DNA of 63,154 nucleotides, the filler included, from Trichomonas gallinae (Eukaryota), in the NCBI GenBank assembly GCA_008369845.1. It is 7 parts of 7 records of this genome, joined end to end, with 100 filler letters (N's around TTAATTAATTAA, not from the genome) between each part and the next. Parts side by side here need not be neighbours in the genome. Positions count along the whole stretch, not along the records: positions 17,735 to 28,319 come from MRSU01000032.1; positions 28,420 to 44,274 come from MRSU01000036.1; 5 more parts are not named here. One strand, 5' to 3'. Under the pieces are notes generated by a model. That model saw only the letters and a program-made list of their open reading frames with translations, searched no databases and was not told where the DNA came from. The position numbers were made by a program, and so were the translations under genes. Each line of letters starts with the position of its first letter. Positions within the stretch are counted from its first letter, which is position 1. Below, piece after piece: positions 22,972 through 32,364 of the stretch.

Positions 22972-24534
22972 TTACTTATTAAGAGATGCATGATAATTGA
23001 GAATATCTTTGAGTTTTGGAATACGTTCCAATGGCTTCTGGACGATATCATATGAGAAATTTGCATTAACGAACAAAAATCTTACAATAATTGCGTGCTC
23101 GTTCATTAATGTGAAGGCCTTTCCGTGGTCCTCCAAATCTGGCACCTTTGCGACTTCACACAAGCCTACAGCCTGCAGCGAATTGCCAAGGCAGGTCTTT
23201 GGATAACAGTTCTTTTCATTCCTGACATAATTAAGTGATGTCAAAAGTTCGCTGGCCAAGTAGATACCTGACCCGAAAACACTTCCATTCTGTTGCATGA
23301 CTGTTCCTGTTCCATTCTTAAGTCCATTCCTGATGATCGAGTGCCACCTGTCGCCCGTAGATCCATGCCATAAGAACATTGAACCGTATTTCGCTTTCAA
23401 GGCTTTGAACTTGTTTTCTCTCTCTTCCGACGCCATCAATGTCAAATACTGGTGACGAGTTGGGAACTGTTTCAATCTCAATTCGGGAGACAGCTCATAT
23501 AGCTGAGACTTGTTAGATAATATGATCCAATTCAACAAAAGCGTGCCTTTCTCTCCTAAAAGAGAAGCGAGTTGCAAATCGTCTGTGCATCTCACCATAT
23601 CTGAAACAGTCGGATATGTTTTGATGATGTTTTGCATTTCTTCGTCGTTGAAGAAGTTTGGCTTAGGATTCAGCCATTTTGTGCCAAGAGCTGTCGCGAA
23701 ACACGATATCATCAAGTCTGCGACGTCTGGGTCTCTCTTGAGCTCCTGTAGAAGACTTGTGCCGACGCCAAGCTGAGTGAATGAGAAATTGCAAAGTTGA
23801 TTGTCGCAAACTGAAGGTTTAACTGTTGCCTCCTTTAGTTTCTTTCCACAGAAGCAGCAATGATCCTGTAATCCAATGAATAACTCGCAAATTTCCATAA
23901 CAAAGTAAAGAAGATGGCAAGATTCGAGTGTGCATGGCATTTTAACGCTAGCTTCTGGTTTTTCGCCTGTTTTGAGGAAGTTCTTTGCATCGTTGAGATT
24001 GTTATGACATAATATTAATGCTGTCTTTGCTTTGTCGTTCGGAATTCCATCTTTCGCGAGAATTTTAATTAAACTTGGATCTGCATTACCTGAAGCGCTA
24101 AGCACATAGTTTGCTGCTTTGTAACTAGGCCTAGGCTTGTATTCTTTACTGAAAAATCTTGGAATCAAATCTACGATCAATGGACGACCGATGAAAACTT
24201 GCTTGTAAACTGGGTGATCGAATGTTATTTGTGGCTGTGATGTCCAATCATTGCGATCCAGTTGCAGAGTGATATTTAGAAGTACATCATGAACTGTGAA
24301 GCCGTAAACAACTTTTTGTGCAAGAGGGAGGAATGATGTAGGTATATTTAGACGAATTTCCCTTTCTGTACTAAAAGCTGTCCAATTCGGAAGATATTTT
24401 TTGAATTCTTGAACTTCTTTAGCTAATGGATTAACAGAGCTCGAAAAATCAAACACAACATCATCACTGGAGTCATCGTCATATTCCTCTTCTTCTTCAT
24501 AAACCTCTATAATAACCTCTTCCTCTTCACTCAT
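22972..24534 (-). CDS. PARP6/8/16-like mono-ADP-ribosyltransferase with UBA-like segment
   Basis: FLWHGSTGDRWHSIIRNGLKN, FGSGIYLAS, LCEVA and IIVRFLFV motifs; C-rich KPSVCDNQLC; UBA-like AKTALILCHNNLNDAKNFL. Confidence 0.85.
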   Translation of the reverse strand: MSEEEEVIIEVYEEEEEYDDDSSDDVVFDFSSSVNPLAKEVQEFKKYLPNWTAFSTEREIRLNIPTSFLPLAQKVVYGFTVHDVLLNITLQLDRNDWTSQPQITFDHPVYKQVFIGRPLIVDLIPRFFSKEYKPRPSYKAANYVLSASGNADPSLIKILAKDGIPNDKAKTALILCHNNLNDAKNFLKTGEKPEASVKMPCTLESCHLLYFVMEICELFIGLQDHCCFCGKKLKEATVKPSVCDNQLCNFSFTQLGVGTSLLQELKRDPDVADLMISCFATALGTKWLNPKPNFFNDEEMQNIIKTYPTVSDMVRCTDDLQLASLLGEKGTLLLNWIILSNKSQLYELSPELRLKQFPTRHQYLTLMASEERENKFKALKAKYGSMFLWHGSTGDRWHSIIRNGLKNGTGTVMQQNGSVFGSGIYLASELLTSLNYVRNEKNCYPKTCLGNSLQAVGLCEVAKVPDLEDHGKAFTLMNEHAIIVRFLFVNANFSYDIVQKPLERIPKLKDILNYHASLNK

Positions 24535-24551
24535 TTTCTGACAAATAAATA

Positions 24552-24700
24552 TTTTGACATAATATCGGATGATTTACATGTCAAAAATATTTTACATGAC
24601 AAAATACTTTACATATCAAAATCTTTTTACGTGTCAAATATACTTTACATGACAAAATTTAAATTCACGCAACTTGTCAAAACCATTTTACATGGCAGAA
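24552..24700. promoter_or_regulatory. Tandem array of TTTACRTGWCAAA motif (about 18-bp period) upstream of the PARP gene
   Basis: TTTAC units at 24573, 24591, 24608, 24626, 24644 and 24687. Confidence 0.6.
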
Positions 24701-24850
24701 AATATTGATCTGCCAGCTTTTATATATGCTACACAATTTGGTTGCTATGAAATTATCAAATTTCTTCTCGCTGTTCCTGGAAAAGATATCAACACAAGAG
24801 GCTATTATTATGCTACACCTTTGTTTTATGCTACAAAGAATGATTTTCAA
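24700..24850 (+). pseudogene. Ankyrin-repeat remnant
   Basis: PAFIYATQFGCYEIIKFLLAVPGKDINTRGYYYATPLFYAT, with no clean gene around it. Confidence 0.55.
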
Positions 24851-25278
24851 GATAATTTATTTATATCTTTTTGTATACATTCATCATTCTGTAGAAAATA
24901 ATGCTTATGTCCATGATCTTTGAATCAGCTCTCATCATAACGAATTTTCCAACATGAAGAATTTAAACTACTAAAGAAGAGATTCTCATAATTAAAGAAA
25001 AGGTGTGGAAATTTCCAAGGACCCTGATAAATAGGTCAAAATCTTGCAAGGAATATATAATACAGGACTAGGTACTATCTATAGAATATCTAAGTATTTA
25101 AGCAATCTTTTATCGATTTATTAAAATCCCATTATAGCAGAATAAAAAAATCCATGATTCAAAAAAGGAGTTGATTAAATGGGCATTTATATAGGTTAAA
25201 CATGCATGAATTTTATGTTCTGCTAAAATGAGAAAAAAATATTTTATTAAAAAACAGTTTTTGCAAATAATAATAAAA

Positions 25279-26301
25279 TTAAACGATATCTGCCGGCGAT
25301 CTGAATCGAATTATTGGATCTTTTCCAACTCTCTTCATTTTAAGAACCAAATTTCCAGATGTTTCCGATCTCAAAGCTTCTACATCATCAATCGAGACTT
25401 CATTCGGTAAAATAAGCTGCAAAACCTTGCCCTTGGCTTCTATTCTCACCCATGTTGGATTAACATCAACAGCAATCTGAGATGTGTCCAAATATCTGTT
25501 GACTCCTACATCAAGTATCAGCAAATCTTTTTCTTCCTTCCATGCGAACTTCCATTGGCCTGTATTGCATTGCATTATTCTTCCATCTGGGCCTGGGCCT
25601 GGAGGTGGTGCCTTAGCCTTCGTCCTTGTGCCGTATTCATCGCGTGGATCCTTTGGTGGCGGTGGAGAATTCTTCTTTTTCTCCTCTTCGATTGATCTCC
25701 AAGTTTGAAGCCTTTCTTCTGGTGTGTAGTGTGTTGGTTCGTATGTAGCAATCTGGTCAATCATCTTTTGCGTCAAAATTGTGAGTTGGCGCTTTGATGT
25801 ATTTCGATCTGAAGGCTTAACTTCAATGCCATCGAAAACAGTAAGTTGAGGGAGAGTTGCGATAACAAATTCTCTGTAACCATCGAATTTATCACACGGG
25901 TTACCGATCAAATGAAGCTCACGAAGATTATAATTTGCTTGTAAGCATTTGATTGATGTAATATCAACTATGAAATTGCATGTCAAGTCAAGTTTGTTGA
26001 GTTTTTCGCATCCTTCAAGACCCTCAACAATCTCTACGTTGTTCAATGCAAGATTTAAGTATTCGAGTTGGTTTAATTTGCTCAAAAATTGGATTTTTGG
26101 GATATAGTTGTTCTGAAGATACAGAATCTTAAGTTGTGGACAGTATCTCTCAAGAACATTTGTGAGTTCACCGATTTCATCTTGATGCATTGCAACTTCT
26201 TGCAAATTGGACAATACACCATCATTGTGCTCTGATCTCTTTCTCACCATCTCAACCGTAAGCTTCTTAGGCATCGGCGTCGCTGGTTTATTCTCAGTCA
26301 T
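25279..26301 (-). CDS. LRRC6: Dynein axonemal assembly factor LRRC6/DNAAF11 (tilB homolog)
   Basis: RKRSEHNDG, LKILYLQNNYI, LEYLNLALNN, LDLTCNFI, GNPC and YREFVIATLPQL motifs, plus the C-terminal CS-like RYLDTSQIAVDVNPTWVR..KGKVLQL. Confidence 0.88.
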   Translation of the reverse strand: MTENKPATPMPKKLTVEMVRKRSEHNDGVLSNLQEVAMHQDEIGELTNVLERYCPQLKILYLQNNYIPKIQFLSKLNQLEYLNLALNNVEIVEGLEGCEKLNKLDLTCNFIVDITSIKCLQANYNLRELHLIGNPCDKFDGYREFVIATLPQLTVFDGIEVKPSDRNTSKRQLTILTQKMIDQIATYEPTHYTPEERLQTWRSIEEEKKKNSPPPPKDPRDEYGTRTKAKAPPPGPGPDGRIMQCNTGQWKFAWKEEKDLLILDVGVNRYLDTSQIAVDVNPTWVRIEAKGKVLQLILPNEVSIDDVEALRSETSGNLVLKMKRVGKDPIIRFRSPADIV

Positions 26302-26329
26302 TTGTAGAATTTAAAAACGTTCATTGAAA

Positions 26330-26470
26330 TTTGACATGTAAAATTGATTATTTGTCGTGTAAATATAAGATTTGTTGTGTAAATGTCAAAAATGAAAAAT
26401 GCCATGTAATGGTGTGTTTTGCCATGTAAATAATTTGTTTTGATGTGAATTTATTGACATTTGTCATTTT
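26330..26470. promoter_or_regulatory. Array of TTTGWCRTGTAAA motif (about 20-bp period) upstream of LRRC6
   Basis: Copies near 26330, 26351, 26371, 26399 and 26418. Confidence 0.55.
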
Positions 26471-26988
26471 GATTTTAACCACTTGTTTCTTGTTATAGAA
26501 ATGTGAACACCAATCTGTAAATGCTCAGTATGATTTTCAATAGCAGCAACGTGAACATAATTTAGATAAATAGAATTAATTACCAATTTACTCTAATATA
26601 TATTAATTTTTATCAAATGGCATTGCCAAGCCTAAATCACACGTAAATAGATACACTAAAGTATTTACATTTTAAATCCACTATAAATAATAATGCACAT
26701 TAAATATTGATTTTTCTTTCAATTTCATTATATAAATTAAGATTTCATATTGCAATAAACATCATATCTATGTGAATATTGGCGCAATGATTGATTATTT
26801 GTTATCAATCTCTTATAATTTAATTTTGAAAAATTGAACTTCAAATAAATTTTTGTAATAACATGCAAATTATAGTCTCTAATGCATAAATCACACGAAA
26901 AACAATGGAAAATACTTAGCGAATTACTAAAATTACAAATATTTACGATCAACATGATAAGCGCAACAACAACATATATAAACATAGA

Positions 26989-27587
26989 TTACATCACACG
27001 GCAACATCCTGTATAAGGTGACACATATTCAATAGTTTCTTTGTATGGATTCTCATTTGGCCGAACTCTGATGCCAAATAATGAAAGTGCCACCTGTGGG
27101 TAAGTTATTTTACCTGTTTTGGAAGTATCTAAGTTGTTGAAATTATCCGATAAAATTTCGTCGGATACCTCTGGGGAGATAATGTGTGCTATATTTTGAT
27201 ACTCTTCAAGAGTCAACCTCCTATCGCGGCGAGAAGTCACTCCACGGAATAAAGTCAACAAGATTGCTTTTGATTTAATGTCATGGTGTGCTGACTCGAA
27301 CAGAATTCTGACGTTATGGAAGGATACTGTATTAGTCTTCTTGCTTCTCAGTCCATTAAATGCTATTTTGATGAAATCTCCCACAGTATGAAATCCCATC
27401 ACAGTGAAAAGCTCTGTAAACTGATTTTCAGTTAGGCAGCAGTCAAGATCATCATCTAACACCGACAATCGTTCAAGGAACAAGGAGTAATCAAGACAAG
27501 TCATATTATTAATGAAATCAAAATTCTCGAGATTGTTCAATTAATAAATGCATCATATTTGGTTATTCTAAATGGTTTTGCTGTCAT
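26989..27587 (-). CDS. EF-hand protein with C-terminal CaaX; 5' end interrupted
   Basis: DDDLDCCLTENQF and DTSKTGKITYPQV EF-like loops; ends CCRVM. The upstream ATG 27587 (MTAKPFRITKYD) is out of frame. Confidence 0.7.
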
Positions 27588-28127
27588 TTACGTAAAAAAG
27601 TCGTTACAACTCTGAAATATTTGAGAAAGTATTCAATGTATTTGAGAATGAAGAATATTATCAAAGGGTTGAAAATCCAATCAGTTTTATCGACAACTTG
27701 ATAATGATTGCATCAGTACTACTATTTGACAATTTAGAAAAATCGTCAATTTTATGATCGCAGAATATCTTGTTGTCTTTATAATATATATTCGATTTTA
27801 ATAATTTTTTTCTTTTAAACATTTTTGAGAGCTCGGTCGGTAAATAATGACTATCCGATATAAAGAACAACACCATGTATAGAGGCTCGCTATGACATTT
27901 CGGAACATGAATCATTATTATCATGGAAAATTGTTCTCCATGGGAAGAATTAGAATGTATAAATTGAACAAATATATTGAACTAAGAGAAACTAATATCA
28001 TGGTTAATATTCCAAGAGAATCAATTATCTGCAGTATGATTTTGGTAAGCTAAAAGCAATATTTATGTTAAATTATTTTAAAATTTGAAAAAATGAAATA
28101 GCTGATTATTTTTTTTTTTTAATGAAT

Positions 28128-28201
28128 TAGGGATGCAAATTTGGAAATAATCCTGGGATTTCCATCCAGAAACCAAAATATCTTCCAAAGTTGCATCCCT
28201 A
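28128..28201. mobile_element. 74-bp MITE with TAGGGATGCAA(A/C)TTTGGAA TIRs and 7-bp TSD AATGAAT
   Basis: TAGGGATGCAAATTTGGAA...TTCCAAAGTTGCATCCCTA, flanked by AATGAAT on both sides. The same left end recurs at 61117. Confidence 0.8.
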
Positions 28202-28239
28202 AATGAATTAAATAAAGTAATGAATAATATTGATAAATC

Positions 28240-28319
28240 TTAAGGGTGCACCGTACTGTACGTTAAGCCTCAAAATTGGAAAAATGGGGGCTTAGGGAAA
28301 GTCCCTGAATATTTAACGG
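28240..28319. mobile_element. Probable terminus of a TTAA-targeting element at the contig end
   Basis: TTAA|GGGTGCACCG... GC-richer segment running into the linker; same TTAA-GGGT start as the 36517 element. Confidence 0.35.
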
Positions 28320-28419
28320 NNNNNNNNNNNNNNNNNNNNNNNNNNNNNNNNNNNNNNNNNNNNTTAATTAATTAANNNNNNNNNNNNNNNNNNNNNNNNN
28401 NNNNNNNNNNNNNNNNNNN
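28320..28419. other. Artificial contig linker
   Basis: N44-TTAATTAATTAA-N44. Confidence 0.97.
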
Positions 28420-28474
28420 AGAAACGTAACTAATTATATTTTTTTAACGATAAAACCTATCAAACAACTATTAA

Positions 28475-28535
28475 AATATATAATACTCACTTTTCCCGCG
28501 AAGCGAAGCGAAGCGGGAAAAGTGAGTAATATATT
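28475..28535 (+). repeat. Palindrome with (GCGAA)n loop
   Basis: TACTCACTTTTCCCGC-GAAGCGAAGCGAA-GCGGGAAAAGTGAGTA: 16-bp perfect stem plus AT-rich extension. Confidence 0.9.
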
Positions 28536-28770
28536 CAAAATATTTCTAATTTTTTGTAATCTGAGAAATGCGATTGATAATTCAATTTTCTAGCCTGTTT
28601 ATATAATAAATCTATTACGATGTTAAATATTTCATCATATAAATTTTTGAACGGATATTTGTAAAAAAGCAGGAGAAATGAAGCATAAAAATATAAAAAT
28701 CTATTGTTTAATATAACTAATCTATAATTTATAACTCTATTATTTAACAAACATTATATAAAATAATATT

Positions 28771-29376
28771 TCAACAACATGTGGAGTGTGTAATTGGCTG
28801 TTGATTGATGAAAATCTTGAGTGGAACATCATCTGATGAAGAGTATTCTGGGTAAATCAATGATCTGATAAATAACTGTAAAGCATCATCAACTCCGTCA
28901 CCTGACTTGGCAGAAACCTTGGAATTATATACTACATGGTACTTTTTCAACCAGTGTTGGATCACTTCGTCATTTATTTTTTGATCCAAATCGCTTTTGT
29001 TTCCCAAAAGCAGCACAGGCAACTCATATGAGGTATCTATCTTGCAAGTATCCAAAAACATTTCCATATAGGCGTCTATTGCTTCAAAAGAATCTTCAGA
29101 AGTTAAATCATAAACCAAAATTAATCCGTTTGCACCTCTCAATAAAGAAGGCGCCACAGCTCTAAATCTTTCCTGCCCCGCAGTATCCCATAACATTGTC
29201 GTAACCTCAATGCCATTGACTTCCATCATATTGGTGAAAAATCCAGCACCTATGGTAGACATTGTCTTATCCATGAATGTACCATTGCAATACCTGTTTA
29301 TTATAGAGGTCTTTCCAACGTACATTGGTCCTAATACAACTATCTTCAAGTCAACAGCGGATTCATGCGAAGACAT
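28771..29376 (-). CDS. Rab-family small GTPase
   Basis: GPMYVGKTS, TIGAGF, WDTAGQERF, GNKSD and SAK motifs; C-terminal CC. Confidence 0.93.
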   Translation of the reverse strand: MSSHESAVDLKIVVLGPMYVGKTSIINRYCNGTFMDKTMSTIGAGFFTNMMEVNGIEVTTMLWDTAGQERFRAVAPSLLRGANGLILVYDLTSEDSFEAIDAYMEMFLDTCKIDTSYELPVLLLGNKSDLDQKINDEVIQHWLKKYHVVYNSKVSAKSGDGVDDALQLFIRSLIYPEYSSSDDVPLKIFINQQPITHSTCC

Positions 29377-29892
29377 TCTAACAAAAATGGTCTTTGTCTG
29401 ACTTTTTAAAAATTTTATAATAAATAGTTGTATATTATCATATAGTATATTTTGTCTTTTTTAAAAAAAATTTGAAATTTTTGTAAAATTTTAAGATTTA
29501 CCGGTAATAATCTACTCTCCATAGAGTATTTAAAACAAGATTTTAACAATATTGTCATTTTTAAATACTTTCAAAGAAAGCAAAAATTGATTCACAGAAT
29601 TTTCTGAATGCTTTCAAAAATTGTGGTCCAAAGATGTTTTATTCCGTGGTCGAGAGTAAATTAAATATTCTGACTGCATTATTCATGTAATCGATAAATA
29701 TGATCATATAAACAAAATCACGCAGAAAACCTTAGATTGGCTGATGTTTTAAATGAATTGAATGGTTTACGATTAATTTTTTTCTTTTTGTCATGTAAAT
29801 GTGGCATTTTAAAATATTTGACATTGGCCGAGGAATTGTTTTAGCTAAAAATAATTATCTATACATTTAGAATATATCAGATAAAAATTTTA

Positions 29893-30484
29893 AAAACATC
29901 ATGATCTACTTCAAACAAAAATCAGAAACAAGTAAACATAAAACTAGACTATCATACTTTAGAATTTTACTCTAAAGGTTGTGAGTGATACTATACCGAG
30001 GAGGATTCCTCGAAATATTGCAAGTTTCACAAAATCTAAAATAAGATTTTTGACATGTAAATTTTTGTTTTTGCCTGACTAACTGAAGAACCAAAAATCC
30101 ATAGAATTTGGAAATATTTTTAATATAAATAGCATCACTATACATAATAATCGAAGAATATGCGCTTAAATTTGTGACTTTACCAATAATAGTCGTCTGA
30201 ATATTTGCTGACAATTAGAGTGAACAATTGCCAAGACACTTGGTTCGTCGTAGTCTCGCTTAACGGTGTCCCGGTCACAAGATTGATAATTCGTATATAA
30301 CCTTGATACAAATTCATGTTACAAATAATATTTTAGATTTTGTGAAACTTGCATTATTTCGAGGAATCCTCCTCAGTGTAGTATCACTCACAACCTTTAG
30401 AGTAATATCTTAAAGTATGACAGTCTAGTTTTATGTTTACTTGTTTCTGATTTTTTTTTTTTATGAAGGAGATCATGATGTTTT
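29893..30484. mobile_element. Fold-back element with about 150-bp inverted arms (29893-30043 / 30329-30484)
   Basis: Arms are reverse complements with scattered mismatches (e.g. GAGGAGGATTCCTCGAAAT / ATTTCGAGGAATCCTCCTC); no TSD seen. Confidence 0.7.
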
Positions 30485-30831
30485 ATGATACAAAATATTT
30501 CATTGCATTCTGTGGAATCTAATTTATCAAATATTATTAAATACTTTTCATGTTTAATATTTCCATGAAATAAAATATTAGGATTTTATTCTTTCATTGT
30601 TATGTAATAGCATCAAATGAAAGATCTATGAGGTTTCATTGAAATATATTATGTGGATATAATATATTTCGAGGAAAAATAATGAAATATTTCATATATA
30701 AACGAAATATAATTGTTTAGATATCTAAACAAATTATACTATTACAAACAAAACAAGATAGTAATTACAAAACCCTTTTGTAATATAATAATATAATTGC
30801 ATAAATACCCCTATACAATACTTAATAGGAA

Positions 30832-32364
30832 TTAAGCGGTAGTAGAAACTGGTTCAGCATGAGCCATATCGGGAATAGAGTTATATGCATCAGAATCCGA
30901 ATGGAGTTCATGTCCTTCGATAACATCGCCATCCTTTGTCTTGTGGATCGACAAGAATGGTCCGAGGACGAATGGAATGGCAAGAACAACTTGTGCGACA
31001 TTCTGCCAGATATAGGAAGTGAATAGAAGCTTGAGGTTGTTCTTTCCGGAGAAATATATAATTGTTGAGATTAAAGGAAGAGGAACAATTGATGTGATGA
31101 TGGAAGAAGCTGTAGCACGTCCTGGATAGTCAGTGGACTCCAAATAGGTCAGGAAGCAGCTAGAAATCGGCCACATGAATAATGTTAAATAACCAATCGG
31201 GAAAAGCTGTTCAGCCCAATACAAGTATCTCTCATCAATTGACCAAAGTGAGGCAATCTTTCTGGCAAAGATGGAAACGATAACTGAGAAGGAAACACTT
31301 GGAACAATCGATATCCATAAAGTATGGCCAGCGAGCTTATGGATGCGACGGTACTGGCGTTTACCATATGCATATGATGCCGATGGAAGGAAAGAGGCAT
31401 CGAATGCATAAGTGATCGAAATTCCAAGTTCATAGAGTTTGTTAAATGTATCAAGCATAGCCAAAACTGCCTTCGATGTGACATTGTCGATTGCTTGTGC
31501 GGTCAAAGTAATGTACTTCTGCATAACAAAACCTGGAATTGCACTTGAGAGGTAAAGCATGAACGCTCCCATTCCAACCTTGAGTCCATCATATGTATGT
31601 GGTGAGAACTTGCGAATGAACATATTTTTTTCGAATTTGAGCGAGTAATGTCCACTCAAAATATAATAATATATCATTGAGGTCACAATCAGCTGGGAAA
31701 CGACAGTAGCTAATGATGCACCCCAAACTCCTGTCTTGAAATAGACCAAGAACAAAGGATCGAAAACGAACATAATTAAGCACAAGCTGATGATCTGGAA
31801 CATGCCTGCTAACCATGATCTTCCTTCGCCTTGAAGGACACCTGTACCTAATAAGTATAAAATCTGTATGAATGAGCATCCTAATAATGGGATCTCATAT
31901 TTGAACGCTTCTGTAGCGACAAGATGGTCTCCTGAGATCCAATATGTAACCATCTTGACGAAAGGAAGGAGTAAAGCGCAAATAATCAGGCCAAAAACTA
32001 TTGAAAACCTGATTAAATCAACAACTACTTGCGATGCCTCTGCTTTCATATCTTTACCAAACAAAAAGGCTATTCTGCAGCTAACAGAAATGAGAATGAA
32101 CTCTCCGCATGAAAAGAGGATTTCATCGAATAAATAAATTGAAGCAGTGACGTTTTGACCAAAATTGCCATGTGTCTTTGAAATCCACAGTGAATCAACT
32201 AGTCCGTATATAGAGTTAGTCAGCTGGCTCAACAATGGACCCGCAAGTAATGCGAAAAGAGTGATCAAAGGGGATCTTCCACCTAATCTGTACTGCTCTG
32301 AGTCTGTATTTACTGGTGGTGGTGATTCTGATGTATGCTGTAAGAGGAGGGGCTCTTCAGTCAT
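30832..32364 (-). CDS. MATE-family multidrug/toxin efflux transporter
   Basis: About 12 TM helices; RLGGRSPLITL, YGLVDSLWISK, LQGEGR, GVWGASLAT and SYAYG motifs. Confidence 0.88.
   Translation of the reverse strand: MTEEPLLLQHTSESPPPVNTDSEQYRLGGRSPLITLFALLAGPLLSQLTNSIYGLVDSLWISKTHGNFGQNVTASIYLFDEILFSCGEFILISVSCRIAFLFGKDMKAEASQVVVDLIRFSIVFGLIICALLLPFVKMVTYWISGDHLVATEAFKYEIPLLGCSFIQILYLLGTGVLQGEGRSWLAGMFQIISLCLIMFVFDPLFLVYFKTGVWGASLATVVSQLIVTSMIYYYILSGHYSLKFEKNMFIRKFSPHTYDGLKVGMGAFMLYLSSAIPGFVMQKYITLTAQAIDNVTSKAVLAMLDTFNKLYELGISITYAFDASFLPSASYAYGKRQYRRIHKLAGHTLWISIVPSVSFSVIVSIFARKIASLWSIDERYLYWAEQLFPIGYLTLFMWPISSCFLTYLESTDYPGRATASSIITSIVPLPLISTIIYFSGKNNLKLLFTSYIWQNVAQVVLAIPFVLGPFLSIHKTKDGDVIEGHELHSDSDAYNSIPDMAHAEPVSTTA

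Noticed and set aside
24552..24700. Possible CRISPR-like array
   Set aside because: Units are degenerate 13-mers with 4-5-nt gaps, there are no unique spacers and no cas genes, and the context is eukaryotic.
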